The notes under the pieces: model-generated
Told to the model about the DNA's origin: nothing
The model's database searches: none
Seen by the model: the letters and a program-made list of their open reading frames with translations, nothing else
Made by a program: the position numbers and the translations under genes
Assembly (NCBI GenBank): GCA_032718475.1
Contig: JAUCBJ010002788.1
Location: 38,910 to 102,909, forward strand
DNA length: 64,000 nt
DNA from: Nemertoderma westbladi
Taxonomy: Eukaryota; Animalia; Xenacoelomorpha
Direction: 5' to 3'
In this document: positions 53,118 to 64,000 of the stretch, piece after piece
How positions within the stretch are numbered: position 1 is the first letter of the stretch
Layout: every line of letters begins with the position of its first letter

Positions 53118-55748
53118 GTGTGTTCGAACTCCTCCAAAACGGGCGGGGGGATTGCGCTGGAACTTGGCATGTGTGTATAACTTTAACCAGCGGTCGTTAT
53201 AGGCCACTTTTCGAAAAGTATAATTCACGTTCGGTACCGGTACTGGGTACCGGTACGTCAGTAGGCCTATACCGGTACCAGTACCCCAGTAGGCATATGC
53301 CGGTAGCGGGAAATACCGGGTAACATGCCTCGGGTATTGCCTGCTAGTTATCGATAAAACTTAATCATATAAATTATGTAATCTAAGTACTGTAGTTTTG
53401 ACTTTCCACTTCGTTAAATTCAATTTACTGTGTTATACTGTATACTGAAATGTTTCCATTTAGACTGCATCCAGCATGACCGAACGTATTACCAATAGTT
53501 GTTTTTCATGAGTTGTTAACATATTTACAGTGCACCTACGTATTTACAGTAGCGCATATTTAATGTTAGGCCCTACCTACTTAATTACAATGGTATACCA
53601 TATATATTTACAAATGTACACGGGGGTTTGTGTAATGGGCCTACCCGACAAGCCTCCGTCTACATTATATAATCATTTATGTACCAGGAACCTAATTACT
53701 CAATTATATGAAAGTATGTATAAATTTGATTATATTGTGTAGTAAATAGTTCATTAAATAAATAAATAAAATTAAATAAATTCCCCGGACACCCCACTGA
53801 TCTCCAAGACTCCAGCAGTAGTATACAATTGGCCGGCTTTGCTACAGTTAGACCCCACTGACACCCATTGGGTTTCACATGACACCCTATCATCACCCTA
53901 TGGGTGTCATTGGGTGTCATTGGCGCCAGACTGTCTGGGTGACACCTTCAAATTAGGCTAATTATACCCTAATTGGCAGGTGTCATCAATTAATTAGTAC
54001 AATTAAACCCTAATACTGTAGGTGTCTTGTGACTCCTAATTAGGGTTTAATTGATTATTCTAATTAATCAGACTGATTAGCGCTCTGACATGCAATGGTC
54101 ATCAGTGTTGTCTAACTGTCGCCTAGAGGCCCAAGAGGGTGTCATGAGTGACACCTCAGCTCCTTTATTTATTGGTACTTATTTATTTCTATTTAATTTT
54201 AATTTATTTAATTTATTTCTATTTTTGAATTACCAATAATTAGTTTTATATATTACTTTCTAAATTATATCTTTGTTGACACCTCATTGCTATATTTAGC
54301 TTTAGGGTATACAGCTCCCTTACTGGTAACTAATTACTCTTATCTATATCCAGACAGCTTTATCGTTGACCTTTGACCCCCAATTAACTTTAACCAAGCA
54401 ACAGGTTCTTAATAATAGTTGTATCCAAGCGCCCCGCCCCCTCTCGTGACACCTCTGATTACTAATTACTCTTACCTATATCCAGCCGTTTGCAGTTCTA
54501 TATTCTGCCGCTAGAGGGCGTATTATCTGAAAATTAACATGTTCTCTAACTTTGTTATTTTCATTCCGATTAGGTTTAAACTCGGTAGGCATCTACTATA
54601 TCATAGGCTATATCTTTTACGGAGTCGCAGAGTATTCTGAAGTTCCATCAAAGTTCACCACTAAAGGGTGAAATGTCTCAAAGTCTGCCGCTAAACACTC
54701 GGATTTAAGACCTGGGGCACTCCTAAAGCCTCGAGTTTTAGGTTTGAGCCACAGACTATACCTCACTGAGACACAGACTATGCCTCAATGAGGCACTGAG
54801 GCACAGACTATGCCTCACTAGGCACAGACTATGCCTCACTAGGCACAGACTATGCCTCACTGAGGTACAGACTATGCCTCACTGAGGCACAGACAATGCC
54901 TCACTGAGGCACAGACTATGCCTTACTGAGGCACAGGCTATGCCTCACTGAGGCACGGACTATGCCTCACTGAGGCACTGACTATGCCTCACTGAGGCAC
55001 AGACTATGCCTCACTGAGGCACAGACTATGCCTCACTGAGGTACAGACTATGCCTCACTGAGGTACAGACTATGCCTCACTGAGGTACAGACTATGCCTC
55101 ACTGAGGCACAGACTATGCCTCACCGAGGCACTGACTATGCCTCACTGAGACACTGAGGTATAGTCTGTGCCTCAGTGCTTCAGTGAGGCATAGTCAGTG
55201 CCTCAGTGAGGCATAGTCTGTGCCTCAGTGAGGCATAGACTGTGCCTCAGTGAGGCATAGTCTGTGCCTCAGTGAGGCATAGTCTGTGCCTTAGTGAGGC
55301 ATAGTCTGTACCTCAGTGAGGCATAGTCTGTGCCTAGTGAGGCATAGTCTGTGCCTCAGTGAGGCATAGTCTGTATAATGATATCGTAAGCATACCGATA
55401 TACGAGTTAGAGTGAGAAATAATATAGTGCCGCACCGTCATATTATATTATTTCAATACGTGCTGACAGACTGATAAGTACTGCTGGCCGACATACCGGT
55501 GGCAGTATACTGTGCAGTACAGAGCTGTCGGTCTGTGGCCGTCCAGGATGACAGCTCCAGTATCCTATAACAATGAATGAATAATATATCCTACCTACTG
55601 TGAAATCCCATCACCCGATATCCCATGCAATCTGCCCATCACTGATTGGCCATTGCCTAGTAACGGATCTAGAGTACGTAGCTAAGGAATATCAATACAA
55701 TAATAATATCAATACACCCCCCTTCTAGTTTGTGGGACTCCCAACAAA

Positions 55749-58700
55749 CTATCCATAATGGAGTCTGTCTGGTTGACGTCGCCGACGTGTTGGGTGGGTG
55801 TTGTTGTGTTGTAAATCTGGTATATTTTCCGGGCTGGTGCTGGTAAGCTGTGTTGCCCAGTGAACGCCCTTAGTTGGGTTTGATGGGGTTCCTCTAGCAT
55901 TATAACCATTGTGCCCGCTGTTAATGTCCCCTGATGTCCCAATAGCTGTGTTCCTCAGAAGTTGGCGTCGGTTGCGGGTGAGACAATGGCCGGACTGTAA
56001 TTTGATCCGGTAACTGCGGTGTGAGGCCGCCTCGACCACAACACCAGTGCGGTCCCAACGCTTGGTGGTTGGGTTTTGGATCCGCACCGGGTCTCCCACT
56101 GAGAGGGTGGGGAGGGTTTTGGCCCCGCGGTTGTAATCCTCGGCCTGAGACTCAATGAGTTTTGGCACTGCAGCGTTGAGTGCGGTCCTGGTCGTTTGGT
56201 GTCCCAGGAGGAAAGCCCGGCTGTGTGCAGGTACCCGTGAGCGTGTTGGGTGCCCAAACAAAATCTGGGCCGGTGATTGGCCGTGTGCGCGGGGTGAGTT
56301 TCTTAATTCCAGGAGGCCCTCCTGGAATGCCAGAGTTTATTTTTCCCCCAGTTTTTGTTATCAAACTCTTCAGAGCCTTAACGGCGGACTCTGCATGGCC
56401 GTTGCTCTGTGGGTATTCCGGGGAGGAGAACGTCTGCTGCACTCCCCAGTCGCTAAGGAAGTCCACGAAATTGGACCCCGCGAATTGTGGGCCGCCGTCG
56501 GAGGAGAACCGTACGGGGATGCCGAAGCGTATAAAAACGTCCCGTATATGGGCTGCTGTTGTAGCGGCGGTTGGATGGCTGGTGTAGCCGTATATTTTGG
56601 GCCACCCAGAGTAACGGTCCGCTATGGCGAGGTAGTTCCGGCCGTCGAGGGCGAAGAGATCGGCAGAAATCTCCTCGAAGGGCCGGGTGGCCTCTCGGTC
56701 TCGTAGGAGAGGTTCCTTGGTGTGGCTGGGGCGGTGTGTGAGACAGGCATCACACGATGAAATGGTAGTCCGGACATCGTTGGTGAGCCCGGGCCAGTAC
56801 ACCGTCTGGCGGGCACGGCGGAGAGTTTTCTCTATACCCTGGTGGGCGGCGTGAAGTCGCGCGAGGGTGGTCCGTCGCTCGGCCCGCGGAATAATAATCC
56901 GCTGCCCGTAAAGGACGAGTTCGTGGTCCGTGGTGAGTTCCTCCCGGACGGACCAATAGGGAGAGACTCCTGGGAGTTGGCGGGAGGCCAGCGGGAACCC
57001 GCACTGTGTGGCGACGAGGAGTTCCATGTAGTCGGGGTCGTCCCGGGCGGTCTTGCAGAGGGCGTCGAGGATCAAGTCGGAGAACTCCTCCGATTGCTCC
57101 GAACTCTCGTAGAGTTCGGCGGCTTTCTGCCGGGTTACCGCATGTATGTAGTACGCCATATCGCCATCGTCGATCAAGTCATCGGAGGATGGATCGTCAA
57201 CGGGAGCGCGGGATAATGCATCGGGAATCCGATGATCCTTACCCTTCCTCCACACTGTAGTGAAGGTATACGGAGTCAGTTTAGATTTCAGCCGCTGGAG
57301 GCGAGTATTATCCGTGGCATCGATTGTGTAGCGATCCAGGATAGTAACGAGTGGCTGGTGGTCGACTATAAGGGTGAAGTGTGGAAGGCCGAGGAGGTAG
57401 AGTCGACACTTGTGGGCCGCCCAGGCGACCGCGAGCAGCTCGAGCTCCACCATGGCGTAGCGTGACTCCGTCTCCGAGACGAACCGCGATCCGCACTCCA
57501 CCAGTTTCCAGTCATCGTCGTCGTAGCGCTGGAGTAATGCGTAGCCCAAACCGTGTTTCCTCGAGGCGTCGGTTTGGAGCATTGTCTCGCGTTCCGTCTC
57601 GAAGGGAGCGAGGATTGGGGGTGAGACCAACGCGCGTTTTGTCGCCTCGAACGCCGCCTCGTGGTCCGAATTCCAAATAAATGAATTCTTAGAACTGAGG
57701 AGGGGGCGGAGGGGGGACATCGTGGAGGAGATGTCCGTCGAGAATGGGGCGAGTTGCTCCACCAACCCAACGAAACTCCGGAGGTCAGTAATATTTGTTG
57801 GCCTCGGGAAACTCGCGATAGCCCGGACCTTCGCCGGGTCGGCCCGTATCCCGTCGGCCCCGACGAGGTAGCCCGCGAACTTAACTTCGCGCTGGGCGAA
57901 CTGGACCTTGTCGGGGTTGAGGGAAATTCCGGTCTCGCGGCATCGTTGGAGGAACCGGCGGACGCTGTCGAGGTGGTCGTCGAGGTTGGCGTCGTAGAGG
58001 AGGACGTCATCGACGATCTTCCTCAAGTTTGGCAGGTCGCGGATGGCGTCGTCGCCGCGGCGGTTGTACTCATCCCCGCTCGATATTAAACCCATAACAC
58101 TCCTGGTGTGTTTATATCTCCCCCAGGGTGTTACGAATGTGGTTAGGAGCTGGGAATCTTTATCGAGAGGGACCTGCCAATACCCGGAAGCGGCGTCAAA
58201 TACGGTGAAATAATTCGCCGTTGTTGCGATTCCGGCTATCGCCACCCGCGGGCTCGGGGTGGGGTAGTAAGGCCGTGTAACCTGTTGGTTGAGGTTGCGG
58301 AGGTCCACACACAACCTAAGTTTGCCGGAAGGTTTCCGGGTAACCGTCATCGGGTGAGCCCAATCGGTAGGCTCCGTCACACGTTCGATGACGGTGCGTC
58401 GCTCCATGTTGTCGAGGAGGGACTTTACCTCGTCCCGCATGGCGAAGGGAATTAGACGCGCGCCGTTTACATGGAAGGGTTTGGCGCCCTCCTTTAAGTC
58501 AACGTGCATCGGTTCGCCAACCATGGTGGACAAAGGTTCGTCTACGTCGTCGAACACGTCCGCGTATTTGCGTAGAATTTCGTCGCGAACTCAGGGATTT
58601 AACGGTTCCTCAGTAGATTTGAATGAGTTTATGGCTTGTGGGAAATTCGGTGGAAGAATGTTAAGGTTCACGAGCGCCCGGAGGTTTAGGATTAGGCCAT

Positions 58701-58917
58701 CAATTTCCGGGGATACGACAATTAAAGCCGTTGTTTCGAGTCCGTCATAGGAGATTATCGAAGGCACATTCCCGCGATTTGTAGCGGGCTTTGGTTCGCG
58801 GCTCGCAGTTGAGGGTTGTCGATGGGATACGGTAGTAGATCTGCATCGCGGCCCCCCATAGCGCTGTACAGTTTGTGGCTGAACATTGTGTCCGTGACAA
58901 CCGCTGTCCGGTAGAGC
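55749..58917 (-). pseudogene. pol: Gypsy Pol (protease, RT, RNase H, integrase) with frameshifts
   Basis: [70 protein letters not shown]; frameshifts near 58880 and 56340. Confidence 0.92.
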
Positions 58918-60285
58918 TCATTTAACGGTTCCGAGTGGTTCTCCGGATACTTGTTTTAGATCCACACTTATACATTTAAGTGGGCAGGTGGCGGGCGGAA
59001 GTTCAGTTCCGTTAATGGAAATCGAGTTTACTCCAGTGTTTGAATGAACCTCTGGAAGTATCGAGTTTATACGAGGTGAGTGTTGCGGCTGATCCCTGGA
59101 ACCAGGTTTACCGCGATTACCTGATTGGGATCGTTTCTGATTGGAACGCCAGACACCCCTATAATGCCCAACCTTCCGACAGGATTTACAAACGGCGTCC
59201 TTGGCGGGGCAGTTTGGTCTACCCCCCGTGTGGTTTTGCCCGCACCACAGACATGCTTGATCCGGGCTGGGTTGCTGCGAGTTCGTTTGTTGAGATGTCC
59301 GGGAGGTCGATTTCTCGCGCAGGTAATTCGACGTCACTTTGGCGATGGGACGGCCTCGACCGATGATGGAGTCGTTCCGCTCGCTCGCCTCCATCGATTG
59401 GGAGATCCGGACGCAGTCCTCGAGGGAAGGTTGCGGAAGAACCTTCAGGAGCTCCGTCCTTGTCTCTGAAGATCGGACCCTGACCAGAATCTGCGTCACG
59501 ATCTGGCGATCGCGACAGTGGCCGCAGAGTTCGGTGTCGTCCGCCAACTCCTCAAGGGCAATGCGGAAGGTGTCGAAGGATTCGTTGGCTCCCTGCCTCC
59601 GGTCGTGGAACCGGATCCCGTCGATGGCGATGCTTCTCTTCGACCGGAGGTGGGCCTGGAGATCGTCGAGGATGGAGTCCGTCGTCGTCTCCGGTGCATC
59701 GATGTTGACATGGAGAGTCACTGTCAACATTCGCTGGAGGTTGCGTCCTAAAGCGGAAACGAGGGCGTAGACCTGTTCATCTCGGGGGAAGGTGGAGGCC
59801 TGTTGGCGGTGCGCGTGGATGCGCCAGGTCTCTCTCCAGCGACGGAACGGAGTGAATTCGATGTCGCCATCGATCTTCTCTAGCCCGGATATATCTATCA
59901 TGCGACGTTGAGGTTGGGGTTGCGCGGGAGCTGGGTGTCCCACGGCGGCGGCGGGAGGTGCAGCGGCAGCACCGGGTCCCGCACCTTGTTGGCCCTGGAG
60001 GGCAGCAATTAGTTGCATCATCCGAGCATCGGAGTCGGCTCGTTGTTGGAGGGCGTCAGCCTGGTGCTGTGCCAAACGCGCGTCGGCGTCGACCTGCGCC
60101 TTCAACATCAACTGGGTCAGTTGATCGAGTCTGTCATCCGCGTGTGCTCGTTGCTGATTCAGTTCGCATCGCATATCTCGGATGTTGTACCGATCCACTG
60201 GATCGATATTATCCGAGTCTGATGAACCCGCATTGTCGTCTTTGCCTGCAGCGGCTAAATTTTTAGCACCGCGTTTAGGAGGCAT
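58918..60285 (-). CDS. gag: Gypsy Gag
   Basis: FHDRRQGANESFD; tandem knuckles CLWCGQNH..C and CKSCRKVGH; the stop is followed in frame by protease ALPDSG. Confidence 0.85.
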   Translation of the reverse strand: MPPKRGAKNLAAAGKDDNAGSSDSDNIDPVDRYNIRDMRCELNQQRAHADDRLDQLTQLMLKAQVDADARLAQHQADALQQRADSDARMMQLIAALQGQQGAGPGAAAAPPAAAVGHPAPAQPQPQRRMIDISGLEKIDGDIEFTPFRRWRETWRIHAHRQQASTFPRDEQVYALVSALGRNLQRMLTVTLHVNIDAPETTTDSILDDLQAHLRSKRSIAIDGIRFHDRRQGANESFDTFRIALEELADDTELCGHCRDRQIVTQILVRVRSSETRTELLKVLPQPSLEDCVRISQSMEASERNDSIIGRGRPIAKVTSNYLREKSTSRTSQQTNSQQPSPDQACLWCGQNHTGGRPNCPAKDAVCKSCRKVGHYRGVWRSNQKRSQSGNRGKPGSRDQPQHSPRINSILPEVHSNTGVNSISINGTELPPATCPLKCISVDLKQVSGEPLGTVK

Positions 60286-61414
60286 CGTTCAGTTCATAAA
60301 TAGATCACTGTGCCATATAATGATATCGTAAGCATACCGATATACGAGTTAGAGTGAGAAATAATATAGTGCCGCACCGTCATATTATATTATTTCAATA
60401 CGTGCTGATAGACTGATAAGTACTGCTGGCCGACATACCGGTGGCAGTATACTGTGCAGTACAGAGCTGTCGGTCTGTGGCCGTCCAGGATGACAGCTCC
60501 AGTATCCTAAAACAATGAATGAATAATATATCCTACCTACTGTGAAATCCCATCACCCGATATCCCATGCAATCTGCCCATCGCTGATTGGCCGTTGCCT
60601 AGTAACGGATCTAGAGTACGTAGCTAAGGAATATCAATACAATAATAATATCAATACAGTCTGTGCCTCAGTGCCTCATTGAGGCATAGTCTGTGTTTTA
60701 GTGAGGTAAAGTCTGTGGCTCAAACCTAAAACTCGAGGCTTTAGGAGTGCCCCAGGTCTTAAATCCGAGTCTTTAGCGGCAGACTTTGAGACAATTCACC
60801 CTTTAGTGGTGAACTTTGGTGGAACTTCAGAATACTCTGCGACTCCGTAAAAGATATAGCCTGTGATATAGTAGATGCCTACCGAGTTTAAACCTAAGCG
60901 GATTGTAAATATCAAAGTTAGAGAAGATGTTAATTTTCAAGTAATACGCCCTCTAGCGGCAGACTGGGGAACTTCAGACTACTCTGCGACTCCGTAAAAG
61001 ATATAGCCTATGCTGTAGTAGATGCCTACCGAGTTTAAACCTAATCGGAATGAAAATAACAAAGTTAGAGAACATGTTAATTTTCAGATAATACGCCCTC
61101 TAGCAGCAGACTATAGAACTGCAGACGGCTGGATATAGGTAAGAGTTATTAGTAATCAGAGGTGTCACGAGAGGGGGCGAGGCGCTTGGATACAACTTTT
61201 ATTAAAAACCTGTTGCTTGGTTAAAGCTAATTGGTCAATGATAAAGCTGTCTGGATATAGATAAGAGTAATTAGTTACCAGTAAGGAAGCTGTATACCCT
61301 TGGGCTAAATATAGCAATGAGGTGTCAACAAAGACATCATTTAGAAAGTAATATATAAAACTAAAAACTAATTATTATAATTCAAAAATAGAAATAAATT
61401 AAATAAATTAAAAA

Positions 61415-62000
61415 TATCCAAAGATATCCGCAAGTTGTTCACCCCAACCCAATGATGGAATTAGAGTGCTTATATTTCACGATGATGTATTTGATAGCGA
61501 ACCGACCACTTTCTGTTATACCAGATAGTTTCGAACAGATGGAGGAGTATTGTAAAGCGGGAGAGCGATCACCACCTGACAACTAACAGGTAGGGACATA
61601 CGTCTTTGGTACTACTGCGATAATTGTCACAAACCTAATCAACAGATATCGCGTGCTGTTCACCCGCATAGAAGGTGTATTAAACACAGCGGTGGGTTTG
61701 AACATGGGTTGTTTGATGGACAACTTCATGGTGATAGATTCAATCATTGAGTCGCCAAACCCTTAATCAGAGTTCTGGAATACACTGTGCGACCTCCACA
61801 TAAACCAGTCAACCCTCAATTCCTCGATCCTCAAAGTCTCATGGATCCACCCAGGTTTTAAAACCTCTTTCAAGACTGGGTGTTACCTGAACAGCTAATT
61901 GGTGGAGGTCAACCTGGGCTGAATATCGAAAAAGTTCGCCCCATTAATCTCTCTAGTGGAGCACCTGGATGCACGTTTTCTCATCCCATCCAGGAAGGGT
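61415..62000 (+). pseudogene. Continuation of the second copy of the unknown accessory ORF
   Basis: CKAGERS, DIRLWYYCDNCHKPNQ, HPHRRCIKHS, KPLIRVLEYTVRPPHKPVNPQFLDPQSLMDPPRF and LFQDWVLPEQLIGG are collinear with about 43020-43390. Confidence 0.8.
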
Positions 62001-62477
62001 GATCCAGCAGAAGTGGAAAAACAGATAGTGTAGTTCGCTCATTTCCCCTTGGAGAAACATTAAGTCGATACTGCAAGGAAAAATTTATGTTATTAAACAT
62101 TGTGCTGTACAGTACAATACCGATGATGGTGAAAATATAATTAAAGAAAAAATATCTGACTGCCTGTTATCTCCCCCGCCTTGTTGTTCCGCTGGAACAG
62201 ACTTTTGCTTTGTTAAATTACATGAGAGGACCATTCATCCTATCAGTACTAGTATTAATTACAAGTTCTCCACTGAAGCTCTGAATTCTCACTATCAACC
62301 GAAATCAGTTGTGTGATGCGAGTTCAACCATCCCAATATCAGCTAGTGGTAGACTAAATAGCGCTACTAATAATGCGTCACTACAACTGGGTCCTGTAGA
62401 ACTACTTACGGGTAGTTCTACAGGTACCGGTAACTGATGTTTCGTCTGAAAGTTCTAATAATAAAGCGGAGTACTCA

Positions 62478-63529
62478 ATGGTTATTACACAGAACGATTT
62501 AGAAATATTAAAGACATTACATGTTAGATATGTTTATGATGAGGAATCACCTGGCTTTGTCGATCTCAATATATATAAGGAGTTAGTGATTTATTTTCAG
62601 GGAGAACCGGGTTGCGATCAAGGGTGTTTGAGAAGAGACTTCTTTGGGCCTTTGATGAGTCTACATCCTTGTTCCCCACTATTTAGCAACCTTGGTAGAT
62701 TCTTTGTCCATAGCACCACCGATGTTTCCAAAGTGGTGAATGGACAATTCGTAGCTTTGGGTAAGTTTTTAGCCATGGCGTTGATTCACGAGGAACAGAC
62801 GATTAGTTTCATACATCCACTGGTAGCCCGTTCCATTATATTTGGGGAAGAGTATAACTCTTTATGCTTCGTTGAAACGATTGATGAAATTCCTCCTTGA
62901 CTCGTTCTGTCTGGTAGTATAAGCCAAGAGCTTAAATATTCTTGTGGTGAACTAGGTATAGTTGTGGAAGGTGTTATAGCTGATGGAAGGAAGATAGCTG
63001 AGATTTATTTAAAAGCTATAATGGTTGCTAATAAAAGTGCAATTGATTCAAAAAAGACGGTTTCCAAAACTGCCTAATTGATGAAGAAATTCCACCCTAA
63101 CTAGTTTATAAATTTCACTGATGCGCAGTTGAAGTACGTATTGGTGAATTTTGGGATGTGCCTTATACTTAAATCGATCTGAAACAAGTTCAAATCGATA
63201 TTGTCATGAATAGGACATTTTAAATTTGGGGGGGGGGATGCCTTCTAGAGAAGTTGGACCTGAGAAAAATGACTTTAGATAGTGCTGGATTCTCTTTATC
63301 TAAGAACAATCTGCTTCATTGGTTCCTTGGTTCTGATAATCCAACGTTTGTACCGAAACTTAGTATATTGTTTAAGGATTGTTCTGCAGGATGCCGTTGT
63401 CGTCATAACTTACTCAACATGTGCGTATCAACTGATGATGCCCCCATTCATGTTCATTCTGAAAATGACATGAAATGTTTATTCATTAACTCTTTTTTTG
63501 AATCTGGCCATGGTTTTGGTAGAATTTAG
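62478..63529 (+). pseudogene. Decayed intronless G2E3-like HECT E3 ubiquitin ligase domain
   Basis: N-lobe IYFQGEPGCDQGCLRRDFF and FVALGKFLAMALIH; C-lobe LLHWFLGS; catalytic STCAYQLMMP in a shifted frame; terminal GFG. Several stops and frameshifts. Confidence 0.75.
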
Positions 63530-64000
63530 TTAGAATATTTTTAAAATTATTTAGGATATAGAATAGTAGAATTTAGCTTCTGTTTTGGGAAGAAAATGTT
63601 ATTGTTATTGTTTATTGCCAATTATTATATTTATAACTGTGGGTTAAACGGAGGGTTTATAACGGTTAATAAAGTTAAACTGGTGGTAGACCAGTTTAAA
63701 TGCTCAGTGGTCTTAGACACAACACACCCGGTTGAAGATTTCCGGAAGTTTGAAACCAAGGGACCGGTTTCGAGCCCCAACAGGGTCGGTTTATATTTAA
63801 AAATAGGCGAATGTTTATAAGGATAAAAAGAGGGCTATAAGCTTTATTCCTGGACAAAGTCGTTTATGACACGTTTTTTAATGGGGTTTTGGATTTTTAT
63901 ATTAAACGAATATCCTGAATCTCACTAGCCTAATTTCCCAAGACTTTTTGAGGAAATTTTTCTAGAATAATTTGTATTTAATAATAAAACAAATACAAAA

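Larger units (their letters stand above)
55374..60658 (-). mobile_element. Full-length Ty3/Gypsy LTR retrotransposon (Mag-like), 5285 bp, mutationally inactivated
   Basis: 343-bp LTRs at 55374-55716 and 60316-60658 (4 mismatches seen); TSD GTCTG; PBS-like tggcacagtga; PPT agaagggggg. Confidence 0.95.
54197..61413. repeat. Foldback palindrome with ~1-kb arms and a central 22-bp minisatellite, right arm interrupted by Gypsy
   Basis: 54197-55150 is the reverse complement of 55150-55373 plus 60659-61413. The unit CTATGCCTCACTGAGGCACAGA flips orientation near 55150. Confidence 0.92.

Noticed and set aside
54750-55373. Palindromic 22-bp repeats as a CRISPR array
   Set aside because: No spacers; it is a minisatellite that inverts at the centre of a foldback.
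55955-60266. Many overlapping alternative-frame and antisense ORFs
   Set aside because: Expected shadow ORFs in GC-rich Gypsy coding sequence.

Overview
This is AT-rich eukaryotic (metazoan, probably marine invertebrate) genomic DNA, almost entirely nested transposable elements and repeats. I see no prokaryotic genes or CRISPR array. The only clear host gene is the last two exons of a + strand gene, each encoding one ShK (ShKT) domain; the ORF track misses both. The main elements are: (1) the 3' half of a CRE-clade non-LTR retrotransposon (1-1098); (2) a 3.6 kb 16-bp satellite; (3) RTE, L2/Crack, Gypsy and Penelope remnants plus several nested MITEs; (4) a 13-kb BEL/Pao LTR element (32339-45404, 1199-bp LTRs, TTTAT TSD) that lacks RT and integrase but has a large decayed extra ORF of unknown family in the env position; (5) a second, diverged copy of that ORF and its upstream sequence, split over 45905-48350 and 61415-62000; (6) a Gypsy element with TG...TA LTRs inserted next to the apex of a ~2-kb foldback palindrome; (7) a decayed G2E3-like HECT ligase. 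The best candidate for something undescribed is the conserved, non-env, Cys/His-containing accessory ORF. All alignments were done by eye and no database searches were run.
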